This document shows, piece after piece, positions 8,088 through 17,348 of a DNA stretch of 48,749 nt. Every line of letters starts with the position of its first letter. The stretch's first letter is position 1. Source of the DNA: an uncultured Candidatus Saccharibacteria bacterium. GTDB lineage: Bacteria; Patescibacteriota; Saccharimonadia; Saccharimonadales; CAZLKQ01. The position numbers and the translations under genes were made by a program. Under the pieces are notes generated by a model that worked only from the letters and a program-made list of their open reading frames with translations, was not told the DNA's origin and made no database searches. Location: contig CAZLKQ010000001.1 of the NCBI GenBank assembly GCA_964560175.1, positions 1 to 48,749 on the forward strand. The letters run 5' to 3'.

Positions 8088-9728
8088 TTGAAATGGAGTT
8101 CGGTGGATAACGTCGCCAATTATTTGCGCAAACATCTGGAAGGCGAGATCCTGACCTCGGCTAAAGTTCGGGAATTCTTCTCGACCGACGGTAGTGTTTT
8201 CCGGGTACCGCCGAAACTAGTTGTCTATCCCCGGCATGTGACTGATGTGCGCAAGGTTGTTCGTTTTTCATGGCAGTTAGCTGAGAAGGGTAAGGTCCTG
8301 CCGATAACAGCCAGAGGCAAGGGTACCGACCAGGCTGGCGGAGCCATAGGCGAAGGTATCTGTCTGGCCCTACCGGCTCACATGAACAACATCCTGGAGA
8401 TCAGCAAAGACAGTGTCACCGTCCAGCCGGGCGAACTCTACGCCACCTTGCAAAAAGTTTTGATCACCCACGGCCGCTATCTGCCGCCATACCCATCGAG
8501 CATCGATTTTTCATCGATCGGCGGAGCTGTGGCCAATAACGCTGCCGGCGAAAAAACCATCAAATACGGCGCGACTGTCGACTTCGTCAAATCTTTGGAG
8601 GTCGTACTGGCCAATGGCGAGCTGATCACGACAAAACGCTTGTCAAAGCGTGAGCTGAACAAAAAGAAAGGCTTATCGGGTTTTGAGGGCGAAGTCTACC
8701 GCCAGCTCGACGGCCTGATCATGGACAATTGGGAAACCGTTCATTCCTCGCCACTGTCCGTCAGCAAAAATTCAGCCGGTTACAAACTCTGGGACGTCAA
8801 GAAAAAAGACGGTTCCTTTGATCTCACACCGCTGATTGTCGGATCTCAAGGCACACTGGGCATCGTATCTGAGATAAAGCTCAAGACCGCAGCTTACAAC
8901 CCGCAAACATCACTGATCGCTGCCTACTTTGACGATATAGCCAAAGCTGGCAGTGCTGTCTTGTCTCTGATGAAATTGCAGCCTTCGGCTCTCGAAGTCG
9001 TGGACAGTAACTTACTGGAATTTCTGGATAAAAATGACCCGGCCAAGCTTGCCAATCTCGTCGAAAAACCATTTCCAAAAATTATCTTGTTGGTCGAATT
9101 CGACGATTCGACGACGGGTGCTCGCAAGAAAAAGAGCAAGAAGGCTAAAAAAATCCTGACTAGTCTAGCCTATGAACTCAGTAGCACCGACAATCCACAG
9201 GAACAGGCGTTACTCTGGAAGATTCGCCATAGCGCGGCGGCTGTCATTTGGCAAGATCAAGGCAGCGCCAAAGCTTTGCCGATCATAGAGGACGGTGTAG
9301 TGCCGGTCGAAAAGTTACCGGAATTTCTGGAGGCTGCCTACGCACTTTTCAAGAAAAATAATCTCGAGATTGCCGTTTGGGGACACGCTGGCAATGCCAA
9401 TCTGCATATGCAGCCATTCCTGGATCTGAGCAACACCAGTGATCGCCAGAAGGTATTTCGCTTGATGGATGAGTTTTACCAGATGGTCATCGACATGGGT
9501 GGCAGCAGCAGCGGCGAGCACAATGATGGCCGGCTGAGGGCACCGTACCTACCCAAACTTTACGGCCAGCCGCTTTACGACCTATTTGTTGAGGTCAAAA
9601 AAATCTTTGATCCCTACGATATTCTCAATCCAGGCGTCAAAATCGGCGTCACTCGCCAGGACCAGCTCAAATATCTGCGCCAAGACTACGACATGGCTCA
9701 TCTCTACGACCACTTGCCAAAAATGTAA
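8088..9728 (+). CDS. FAD-binding oxidoreductase of the GlcD/D-lactate dehydrogenase family
   Basis: FAD_binding_4-like ARGKGTDQAGGAIGEG; C-terminal GGSSSGEHNDGRLRAP signature; apparent TTG start; 546 aa. Confidence 0.82.
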   Translation: MKWSSVDNVANYLRKHLEGEILTSAKVREFFSTDGSVFRVPPKLVVYPRHVTDVRKVVRFSWQLAEKGKVLPITARGKGTDQAGGAIGEGICLALPAHMNNILEISKDSVTVQPGELYATLQKVLITHGRYLPPYPSSIDFSSIGGAVANNAAGEKTIKYGATVDFVKSLEVVLANGELITTKRLSKRELNKKKGLSGFEGEVYRQLDGLIMDNWETVHSSPLSVSKNSAGYKLWDVKKKDGSFDLTPLIVGSQGTLGIVSEIKLKTAAYNPQTSLIAAYFDDIAKAGSAVLSLMKLQPSALEVVDSNLLEFLDKNDPAKLANLVEKPFPKIILLVEFDDSTTGARKKKSKKAKKILTSLAYELSSTDNPQEQALLWKIRHSAAAVIWQDQGSAKALPIIEDGVVPVEKLPEFLEAAYALFKKNNLEIAVWGHAGNANLHMQPFLDLSNTSDRQKVFRLMDEFYQMVIDMGGSSSGEHNDGRLRAPYLPKLYGQPLYDLFVEVKKIFDPYDILNPGVKIGVTRQDQLKYLRQDYDMAHLYDHLPKM

Positions 9729-9801
9729 GGATTGGTAATTAGTAGCTAGGAATTAGGAAATAGTAGTCGGAATGACGTAATTTATCTATACTTATTTGAT
9801 C

Positions 9802-9886
9802 GGGGATGTGGCGGAATTGGTAGACGCGCTTGGTTTAGGACCATGTGTCTTAGGGCGTGGAGGTTCGAGTCCTCTCATCCCCACCA
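9802..9886 (+). tRNA. tRNA-Leu(UAG) with encoded CCA
   Basis: GGGGATGTGGCGGAATTGGTAGACGCGCTTGGTTTAGGACCATG...GGAGGTTCGAGTCCTCTCATCCCCACCA; anticodon loop TTTAGGA; its 5' 29 nt are identical to the other tRNA-Leu. Confidence 0.9.
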
Positions 9887-10040
9887 TCGATTCGACAAGC
9901 TCACCATAGGTGGGCTTTTTGAATTCATTTGGAGAGGACTCGAACCGATAGGCCGAATCTGCCAGCGGCAGATGAGGTTTTCCTCGCTTGGCTGAGCGAC
10001 GTGAGCCATAGGCTCAGATCGGAGCGAACATAATATTTGG

Positions 10041-10067
10041 CGAGTCCTCTCATCCCCACCATTCGAC
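10041..10067 (+). repeat. Direct repeat of the tRNA-Leu(UAG) 3' end (att-like scar)
   Basis: cgagtcctctcatccccaccat (22 nt) is identical to 9866-9887, followed by tcgac as after the tRNA. An inverted 15-nt copy of the T-arm lies within 9931-9946. Confidence 0.7.
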
Positions 10068-10142
10068 GCGCTGCGCTTGCTCATGGCAAGCCAGTGGAAA
10101 GAATGACCCTGAGCGCAGTCGATGGGCCATTACCTCCAGATT

Positions 10143-10748
10143 TTAGATGAGAGTTTTGAAATAGGGCCAGAAGTGCCAGACGATAACGCCCAAAATTGCT
10201 AAATACCATAGAGCCAATACTCCGAAGTGATTTTCTTCGACAAATCTTAAGATTCTGCTTCCAGGGCCGGTACCTGGAAACAAAAGATTGTGTCGTAGTA
10301 AGTATAATGTGGTGTGTAGGAAAATCGGAATGGTCACAATCCAGACGACTATGCAGTACGGACATAGCGCGTTGAGCCGGAAAATGCTCTGAAACATCAG
10401 CCAGTGCACAAAACCGACACCAAACAACGTGCCAGCCCAGAACATTTGCCAGTACCAGCGAGCAAATTTTGCTCCGGCGATCAGGCTCATGCCGACGACG
10501 ATGACGGCCGCAAAACCGACCAGACCGAGGATTGGATTTGGAAAGCCAAAGGCTGAGGCTTGGTCGGAAGAAATAATTGGTCCGCAAGACAGTAGGGGAT
10601 TGAGATTGCAAGACGGCACATATGCTGGATCCTTGAGTACCGCCATTTTTTCTAGCATCAGCACAAAGGCCGCCGCTAAACCAATCGCTCCGCCAAATAC
10701 CAAAACCTTTGGATAAATTTTGTCTAGGAACGCTGTAGCCTTGGTCAT
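10143..10748 (-). CDS. Vitamin K epoxide reductase (VKOR) family membrane protein
   Basis: Multi-TM protein; loop cysteines CNLNPLLSC and redox motif CPYC. Confidence 0.78.
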   Translation of the reverse strand: MTKATAFLDKIYPKVLVFGGAIGLAAAFVLMLEKMAVLKDPAYVPSCNLNPLLSCGPIISSDQASAFGFPNPILGLVGFAAVIVVGMSLIAGAKFARWYWQMFWAGTLFGVGFVHWLMFQSIFRLNALCPYCIVVWIVTIPIFLHTTLYLLRHNLLFPGTGPGSRILRFVEENHFGVLALWYLAILGVIVWHFWPYFKTLI

Positions 10749-10766
10749 TGTCTTTATTGTAACAAT

Positions 10767-11708
10767 CTAACGGAAGAGACTGCTAATTGATTCTTCGTGG
10801 TGGATGCGCTTGATGGCCTCTGCGAGAAGCGGAGCTATGGTAACTATTTCGATTTTTTTGTGTTTGCGTTTTTCAGTCATCGGGATTGAATCTGTGATCC
10901 ACAATTTTTCTATCGCCGAATCTTCCAGGCGCTCCAGCGCTGGGCCCGACAAAACTCCATGGGTTGCCGCAGCAAAGACTCGCTTTGCTCCGGCTTTTTT
11001 CAGTGCCGCAGCGGCTTCAGTGATCGAGCCGGCCGTGGCGATAATGTCATCTACCAGTACCACATCACGGCCGACTACTTCGCCCAAAATGTTCATTACT
11101 TCAGTCTTTTTGTCATCGATGCGCCGTTTGTCGACGACTGCTAGATCAGCTCCCATGCGTTCTGCGAAGCCACGAGCCATCTTTATTCCGCCGACGTCCG
11201 GCGTAGCGATGACGGGATCCTTTATGCGTTGTTTTTTAATGTGGTCGATGAAAACATTGACTCCATAAATATGGTCGAGCGGTATATCAAAAAAGCCTTG
11301 GATCTGATGGGCGTGTAGATCGAGCGTTAAGACACGGTCAGCACCAGCGGCCGTGATGAGATTAGCCACGAGTTTGGCAGTAATCGGCACTCTAGGGCGA
11401 TCCTTGCGGTCTTGACGGGCATAGCCAAAATATGGAAGTACAGCGGTTATCCGTACGGCTGAGGCCCGTTTGAGCGCGTCGAGCATGACGAGGAGCTCCA
11501 TCATATTTTGATTTGGTGGATAACAGGTCGGCTGTATCAAGAAAACATCGCCGCCCCTTACATCATCTTGAATTTGGGTAAATATCTCACCGTCACTGAA
11601 TCGAATAATGTCTGCCTTGGCCAGCGGCAGCTTCAATTGTTTAGCAATAGCCTTGGCCAGAGCAGGGTTGGCATTGCCAGTAATGACCAGAATCTTCTCA
11701 GCCTTCAT
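10767..11708 (-). CDS. prs: Ribose-phosphate pyrophosphokinase
   Basis: DLHAHQIQGFF and the PRPP loop VLVDDIIATAGS; 313 aa. Confidence 0.93.
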   Translation of the reverse strand: MKAEKILVITGNANPALAKAIAKQLKLPLAKADIIRFSDGEIFTQIQDDVRGGDVFLIQPTCYPPNQNMMELLVMLDALKRASAVRITAVLPYFGYARQDRKDRPRVPITAKLVANLITAAGADRVLTLDLHAHQIQGFFDIPLDHIYGVNVFIDHIKKQRIKDPVIATPDVGGIKMARGFAERMGADLAVVDKRRIDDKKTEVMNILGEVVGRDVVLVDDIIATAGSITEAAAALKKAGAKRVFAAATHGVLSGPALERLEDSAIEKLWITDSIPMTEKRKHKKIEIVTIAPLLAEAIKRIHHEESISSLFR

Positions 11709-11714
11709 ACGAGC

Positions 11715-12152
11715 CTATTGAGCTCTCGCGAAGGAAATAAGGGCTATCCCGCTGACAACAAGTGCTATTCCTAAAAGATGATAGACGGTAAGTGTTTCTT
11801 TGAGAAAAAGTACGCTCAGTAAAGTCGACAAAGCGATAGATGCTCCGAAAACCAGAGGTGACACATAGGACAGGTTGCCGCCATACTGAAATATTTTGTG
11901 AAAGGCTATGGCAAACATTGCAATCCCAAGCCCAGCCAATGAAGCGTAGACAATGCCACTTCGAGTTGTCGTCAAAAGGTTTCCTTTATTTGCCACTTTG
12001 ATCATGAGAAGTGACAACGGGATAACTACTGCGACAAGGTTTACAATTACGGGGACTAATCCACCATCAATTTTTCCTCCGGCTTTAGCAGAGAAAAATT
12101 GGAAAAACGCATATCCGATGGTTGCTACAATAATTAAAATCCACATTGCCAT
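11715..12152 (-). CDS. Small EamA/DMT-like membrane transporter
   Basis: 145 aa, 4-5 hydrophobic helices, single EamA-like half-domain architecture. Confidence 0.55.
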   Translation of the reverse strand: MAMWILIIVATIGYAFFQFFSAKAGGKIDGGLVPVIVNLVAVVIPLSLLMIKVANKGNLLTTTRSGIVYASLAGLGIAMFAIAFHKIFQYGGNLSYVSPLVFGASIALSTLLSVLFLKETLTVYHLLGIALVVSGIALISFARAQ

Positions 12153-12153
12153 T

Positions 12154-12768
12154 TTATCCGGCTCTCATAAATTCGATCATGTTGTCGCGTTGAGTAGAGT
12201 CAATTTTTTGTTCTTCAGCAAGAATTGAGAATACTTCTGTCATAGTCATAGCAATATCTATCGTGTAGCCTGCTTTTTCCACAATATCCTTACCGCCCAT
12301 TTCTCTATCTAAAAGCAAATAAAATCCAACGACTTCAAGCTTACAAGCTTTAAATTGTTCAAGCGATTCCAATTTAGAATCACCTTTTGTGACGAGGTCA
12401 TCAATAATAGCGACCCTGTCGCCTTCTTTCCAATCGCCTTCAACCGACTTGCCCTTACCATGGTCTTTAATTTTGGCTCTTGGCTGGATCAATGGACGAT
12501 TTGTTTCATATCCAACTCCGGTAGCAATAGGTGTGCCTGCTTCAGGAATACCTGCAAGAAAAACGTTTTGAGGTAACCCCTCAAGCATTTCTGCATAAAT
12601 TGCGGTAATTTTATGGAAGGCTTCTGGATGTGATTGGACAATACGCAAGTCAATATAAAAAGGCGATACTACTCCGCTTTTGAGAGTAAATTCACCAAAA
12701 GTGAGTATTCCAAACTGGTGCAAGCTAACAGCCACATCACGTTTTGCCCTATCAGAAACTTTACTCAT
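12154..12768 (-). CDS. pyrE: Orotate phosphoribosyltransferase
   Basis: PRTase motif [14 protein letters not shown]. Start trimmed to ATG 12768 (GGAGGA SD), overlapping the pyrF stop as ATGAGTAA. Confidence 0.87.
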   Translation of the reverse strand: MSKVSDRAKRDVAVSLHQFGILTFGEFTLKSGVVSPFYIDLRIVQSHPEAFHKITAIYAEMLEGLPQNVFLAGIPEAGTPIATGVGYETNRPLIQPRAKIKDHGKGKSVEGDWKEGDRVAIIDDLVTKGDSKLESLEQFKACKLEVVGFYLLLDREMGGKDIVEKAGYTIDIAMTMTEVFSILAEEQKIDSTQRDNMIEFMRAG

Positions 12769-13561
12769 TCTGTCCTCCTCTAAATTTGTTAATTTCAGCG
12801 TGTAATTTTTTTGCTTCTTCGCGTGGGTTATCTGCAAAGATTATACCCCTTGCTGAATTTACAATTAGTCCATCACCCGAACTATTTTGCCCAGCTTCGA
12901 TAACTGCCTTTGCGTCGCCACCCTGTGCACCGACACCCGGGACAAGAAAAGTCATGTCGTCGCCGACTAATTCACGGATTTCACGCATTTCCTTCGGATA
13001 GGTTGCGCCGACCACAAGTAGACAATTTTTGTTGACGTTCCATTCGCTTGCTATTTTGCCTGCCAAATATTGGTAGTAGGGCTTTCCCTCGACCACAACG
13101 TCCTGAGTATCTTCCACCCCAGAGTTTGATGTGCGGCACAAAATAATCATCCCTTTGTCCTCTAAATTCAAAAAAGGCTCTAAGGCTTCTCGCCCCAAAT
13201 ATGGGTGGAGAGTGGTGGCGTCGGCGTTTAAATAATTGAAAATATAGTCTACGTACCCGTCATTGGTGTTGCCAATGTCAGCGCGTTTTGCATCAACAAT
13301 TACTGGTATTGCAGAGTGTTTATTGTGGATGTAGGCAATAGTTTGCTGCAACTGGGCGATGCCTTCGGCGCCATTGCCTTCGTAGAAAGCCGAGTTTGCC
13401 TTGAAAGCGCAGACTAAATCCGCAGTTGCGTCAACAATCTCCTTATTGAAATCAAATTGGCTTTTGCCAGCTGGCAATTTGTGGGTATCACTGTCCAAAC
13501 CGACACACAAAAGCGAATTATTCTTATCGACGCTTACACTCAGCTTCTTTAAAAAATTCAA
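12761..13561 (-). CDS. pyrF: Orotidine-5'-phosphate decarboxylase
   Basis: [18 protein letters not shown] motif; 266 aa. Confidence 0.85.
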   Translation of the reverse strand: MNFLKKLSVSVDKNNSLLCVGLDSDTHKLPAGKSQFDFNKEIVDATADLVCAFKANSAFYEGNGAEGIAQLQQTIAYIHNKHSAIPVIVDAKRADIGNTNDGYVDYIFNYLNADATTLHPYLGREALEPFLNLEDKGMIILCRTSNSGVEDTQDVVVEGKPYYQYLAGKIASEWNVNKNCLLVVGATYPKEMREIRELVGDDMTFLVPGVGAQGGDAKAVIEAGQNSSGDGLIVNSARGIIFADNPREEAKKLHAEINKFRGGQNE

Positions 13562-14136
13562 ACGGCCGCCTTTTCTAACTCAGCTAAAACTTCAGTAACT
13601 AGTGCTTCTGAGTCATCGTTGAATATGATTTTCCCTTGACCTTCTTTATTTATCTTTCGAGCCAGTCCTTCAAGTTCGTCAGCTATGCCGCCAGTACCTG
13701 TTAAAACTCCAACGATTTTCTGCATATCAACAAGGTTAGTGAATTCGTTTAGACTTCCCCATCGACCCGATATTATTATGCCGGCATCACATGTAGCGGT
13801 GGATATTACATTTCGATACTTCATACAAGCCCTTTTATCCTTCGCAAAAGGGTAATCTTTTGGTATGTATATCAATTTATCATAGATAGTGAAGTCATCG
13901 TCGGGCCAATTCTGTTTTTGTCCATCTAGATCAAACATTGGTGAAAATCCCCACACTTCGACACCGTGCTTGCGAGCTTCTGAAGCGACTTCGTATGGCA
14001 GGCCCGAGCATGCACCGGTCACAATAATGAGTTTTGCCGCATACTTGCCAAGAACTTCCCCCAATTGTTTAGCTTTAGGCATAATTTCAGCCATTTCACC
14101 AGCTCCAGAACCAAAGACTCCAACCTTATATTTCAT
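13558..14136 (-). CDS. LOG/TIGR00725-like Rossmann-fold protein
   Basis: VGVFGSGAG N-terminus; TGTGGIADE resembles the PGGxGTxxE motif of the LOG family; 4-nt overlap with pyrF. Confidence 0.5.
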   Translation of the reverse strand: MKYKVGVFGSGAGEMAEIMPKAKQLGEVLGKYAAKLIIVTGACSGLPYEVASEARKHGVEVWGFSPMFDLDGQKQNWPDDDFTIYDKLIYIPKDYPFAKDKRACMKYRNVISTATCDAGIIISGRWGSLNEFTNLVDMQKIVGVLTGTGGIADELEGLARKINKEGQGKIIFNDDSEALVTEVLAELEKAAV

Positions 14137-14214
14137 GTATTGATCCTATTCAGCCTCTCAATATAGTCATAGTATTTAAGTAAGTATAACCAAATATGGT
14201 ATCTTAAGTCCAAG

Positions 14215-15303
14215 ATGGCTGATGGAGTAACTCAACCGGTATTTAATCCCTATAAGACGTTGAGTGAAAACCTGAACACTGATCGTCCCACCTATGAATT
14301 CCTTGGCTTTCAGGTGGATTCATTATTTGGTATCGCAGCCTGCCCTGGTACAGCTAACAGCGCTTACGTAAATGCAGCCTTTAGTAATGGTTTTGATATT
14401 GTTACTTATAAAACTCAGCGTAGCGTTCGTTTCCCATCCAACCCCTTTCCTAATGTGTTGCAGGTTGAGGTAGAGGGTCATCTGACGCCGGAGCGTGCAC
14501 AGGAGCCAATTGTCGGCTATTTACCACAATCGATAGACCGCAATAATTTCACGATAGCTAATTCCTGTGGCAATAACTGTGAAGGGCCAGAGTACTGGGT
14601 CGATGATGTGCGTAAGGCACTCGCACAAATCAGATCCGGTCAATTGCTGATAGTCAGCGTGGTTGGCACGATCAAAGAGGGTTTTGGTCCGGACGAATAT
14701 CACGATGATTTTGCCAAGGCCGCTGAGTTTGCCGCCCAGGCCGGCGCAAAAGTCATTGAGCTCAATTTGTCATGTCCAAATGTCGCCAGTGAAGGTGTCA
14801 TCTGTTACAGCCCAAAAGTTGTCGAGGATATAGCCCGGCGAGTCAAACAGCGAGTAGGCAACGATGTAAAACTACTCGCAAAAATCGGCTACTTTCGACC
14901 CACTCAGGAGGAACTGTTGCGTGAAGTAGTCCAGAGTATGGCACCATATATCTCGGGAATTACTGCGACCAACACCCTGCCCGCGCCGATAGTCGACCGA
15001 GATGGCAACCAGGCTTTCCCGGGTCCGGGGCGTGAAAAAGCCGGCATTTCCGGCTCAGCCATAAAATGGGCTGGGATTGAGATGACAAGTCGTCTGAAAA
15101 ACCTGCGAGAAACTTTAGGCGCAAGTTATGGGATTATTGGCGTAGGTGGTGTTATGGCTTTTCAAGATTATCAGGACTACATAAAGGCAGGTGCCGACGC
15201 AGTGCAGTCAGCGACCGGTGCCATGTGGAATCCCGAGCTAGCTCACAGCATAAAAAAGGCTTTAGCAGCTCCATTTCTAGCCCAAGCAACAAGTGCTCTC
15301 TAA
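14215..15303 (+). CDS. pyrD: Dihydroorotate dehydrogenase, class 1-like (catalytic Cys)
   Basis: ELNLSCPNV motif, C-terminal GVGGV FMN-binding region; 362 aa with an N-terminal extension; no adjacent pyrK. Confidence 0.78.
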   Translation: MADGVTQPVFNPYKTLSENLNTDRPTYEFLGFQVDSLFGIAACPGTANSAYVNAAFSNGFDIVTYKTQRSVRFPSNPFPNVLQVEVEGHLTPERAQEPIVGYLPQSIDRNNFTIANSCGNNCEGPEYWVDDVRKALAQIRSGQLLIVSVVGTIKEGFGPDEYHDDFAKAAEFAAQAGAKVIELNLSCPNVASEGVICYSPKVVEDIARRVKQRVGNDVKLLAKIGYFRPTQEELLREVVQSMAPYISGITATNTLPAPIVDRDGNQAFPGPGREKAGISGSAIKWAGIEMTSRLKNLRETLGASYGIIGVGGVMAFQDYQDYIKAGADAVQSATGAMWNPELAHSIKKALAAPFLAQATSAL

Positions 15304-15313
15304 AATCAGATCT

Positions 15314-16381
15314 TTAGCAGATTGGGATAGGCATTAGTACGCGGCCGCTGCCGGGTTCTGCTAGGACTTTACCGTGTTCGTAAACTAATTCACCTCGCAG
15401 AGCGACTTTCTCTATTTTGCCGACCACTTTCTGGCCGACAAAAGGCGACCAACCGCACTTAGTCTTAAGATCTTTATTGTCAATCTCATATTCTTCCATA
15501 GACACTTCGACGTAAGTATTTTTCTCCACGGGTAAACAAAGTAGTTTTGCGGGCTGGGTGACGCACTTGTCAATTATCTGCTTCCTAGTGATTTTGCCAT
15601 CGCGTTCGGCCGTAAGCAGTAGCGGCAATGTCGTCTCTAGGCCAGGCACACCAAACGCACCTTCTTCTTTTTCAGCTTTAGTATGCGGTGCGTGGTCTGA
15701 TTCGATCAGGTCAATATCATCGAGGTGCTCCCAGAGAAAATCAACATCGGCTTGGGACTTCAGGCTGGGCTTCATTTGTCCGTAAACTCCTAGGTGCTTC
15801 GCGTCCTTGTCTGTCAAAAATAGGTGGTGAGGAGTCACCCCACAAGTCACTCGCATACCTCCACGTTTAGCTTTGATTATTTTCTCTAAAACTTTGCGAC
15901 TCGGCATGTGGCAAATATGTACCGAACGATCCATACCTTTTAGGGATTCGATAGCAACATCGATCACATCTTCTTCTGCATGCAATAACACAGGTAGGTG
16001 CTTCGGCCACGCTTTGTAAATTTTTTGCAAATGCATTGGGTCCATCAGGAAATTGCCAGTTGTTTGGTTGAGATAAAGTTTTAGCCCTAGGGCATAAACC
16101 GCAGCCTCATCAAATTGGTCAAGGTTGTCCCCTTGTGACCCGAAGTAAAAGCCTATGTCGCTGACAGCTTTTTGCTTGGCGATATTTATTTTTTCTTGCA
16201 GTTTTTCGATCGAAAAGATCGGCTCAGCGTTGTTGGGCATGTCGACCACAGTTGTGAAGCCACCGGCTAGAGCGGCACTAGTACCAGTTAAAAAATCTTC
16301 TTTTTGTGTTTGTCCCGGGTCACGCAGGTGGACGTGGATGTCGATCAAACCAGGTAGAGTTATGTTTTCAATCATTAACAT
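15314..16381 (-). CDS. pyrC: Dihydroorotase
   Basis: Amidohydrolase metal site GLIDIHVHLRDPG; ESDHAPH; 355 aa. Confidence 0.83.
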   Translation of the reverse strand: MLMIENITLPGLIDIHVHLRDPGQTQKEDFLTGTSAALAGGFTTVVDMPNNAEPIFSIEKLQEKINIAKQKAVSDIGFYFGSQGDNLDQFDEAAVYALGLKLYLNQTTGNFLMDPMHLQKIYKAWPKHLPVLLHAEEDVIDVAIESLKGMDRSVHICHMPSRKVLEKIIKAKRGGMRVTCGVTPHHLFLTDKDAKHLGVYGQMKPSLKSQADVDFLWEHLDDIDLIESDHAPHTKAEKEEGAFGVPGLETTLPLLLTAERDGKITRKQIIDKCVTQPAKLLCLPVEKNTYVEVSMEEYEIDNKDLKTKCGWSPFVGQKVVGKIEKVALRGELVYEHGKVLAEPGSGRVLMPIPIC

Positions 16382-16409
16382 TAGAATAGCATTCTAGGAC
16401 TGTGGCATA

Positions 16410-17348
16410 ATGGCGCGAGTGAAACACGTCATTGAGGCCCAACAGTTCGACCCTGATTTCCTGAAGAGGCTTTTCTCCCGGGCCAGTGAAATGCAAGGTT
16501 TATTCAACGGCAATGGCAGTCGGGAACAGTTAAACAAGCTTTTGCCCGGTAAGATGATGTTCAATGTCTTTTATGAACCATCGACTCGTACACGAATGTC
16601 CTTTTCTGCCGCCGCCCAACACATGGGCATGGAAGTCGTAACAACTGAAAACGCCAAGGAATTTTCTTCGGCGGCTAAAGGTGAGACCTTGGAAGATACC
16701 ATCCGGACTCTGTGTGAGTATCATCCCGATGCCATAGTATTGCGCCACCATGAGAGCGGAGCGGCTGAGCGGGCGGCTGAAATCAGTACAGTTCCCATCA
16801 TCAACGCCGGAGATGGCAGCGGCCAGCACCCAACCCAGGCCTTGCTCGATCTCTACACTATCGAAAAAGAACTGGGACGATTGAAGGATCTGAAAATTAT
16901 CATCGGCGGTGACTTGTCCCATGGCCGGACAGCCCGCAGTCTGACTTATTTGCTGACAAAGTTCTCAGGTAATGAAATCACCTTTGTCTCACCTCAATCA
17001 CTGCGGATTGGGGAAGATATAAAGAAGCACCTAGCCAATACCAAAACACCATTTCAGGAAACCGAAGACCTTGAAACAGTCTTACCCAAAGCAGATGTAG
17101 TTTACTGGACTCGCGTCCAAAAAGAACGGCTTGCCGAAGGTGAAAAAGTAGAGAAGCATTTCATTATCGATATACCCCAGCTTCGTCTGATGAAAAAGGA
17201 CTCAATCCTGATGCATCCGCTACCCCGCGTCGACGAGATCACACCAGCAGTTGATAGCACTCCCCAAGCTGCATACTTTCGCCAAGCTGGCAATGGTATG
17301 TTTGTTCGCATGGCAATTCTCGAGTGGGTACTGGGATCAGAGGATTGA
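16410..17348 (+). CDS. pyrB: Aspartate carbamoyltransferase catalytic subunit
   Basis: STRTR, HPTQ and HPLPR motifs; 312 aa. Confidence 0.93.
   Translation: MARVKHVIEAQQFDPDFLKRLFSRASEMQGLFNGNGSREQLNKLLPGKMMFNVFYEPSTRTRMSFSAAAQHMGMEVVTTENAKEFSSAAKGETLEDTIRTLCEYHPDAIVLRHHESGAAERAAEISTVPIINAGDGSGQHPTQALLDLYTIEKELGRLKDLKIIIGGDLSHGRTARSLTYLLTKFSGNEITFVSPQSLRIGEDIKKHLANTKTPFQETEDLETVLPKADVVYWTRVQKERLAEGEKVEKHFIIDIPQLRLMKKDSILMHPLPRVDEITPAVDSTPQAAYFRQAGNGMFVRMAILEWVLGSED

Noticed and set aside
9950-9985. Weak resemblance of GCCAGCGGCAGATGA to the SRP (4.5S) RNA domain IV region (AGCAGCC...GGCAGAUGA)
   Set aside because: There is no GGAA/GNAR tetraloop or symmetric-loop context, and no flanking helix. 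The similarity is too short to support an ffs call.
9928-10032. Possible minus-strand tRNA, suggested by GGTTCGAGTCCTCTCC and a 7-bp hairpin ATCTGCC-GCT-GGCAGAT
   Set aside because: The 5' half of the T-stem does not pair, no acceptor stem can be formed, and the anticodon-like loop lacks U33. It is interpreted as an inverted fragment of tRNA-Leu rather than a gene.
9875-10084. 69-aa minus-strand ORF spanning the tRNA-Leu 3' end and the att-like repeat
   Set aside because: It overlaps a tRNA gene and repeat fragments, and has no SD or family resemblance. It is most likely spurious.
10081-10611. 176-aa minus-strand ORF overlapping the VKOR gene in another frame, and the 95-aa plus-strand ORF at 10429-10716
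   Set aside because: The VKOR frame has clear TM helices and the CPYC motif. The alternative frames are Arg/Ser-rich shadow ORFs.
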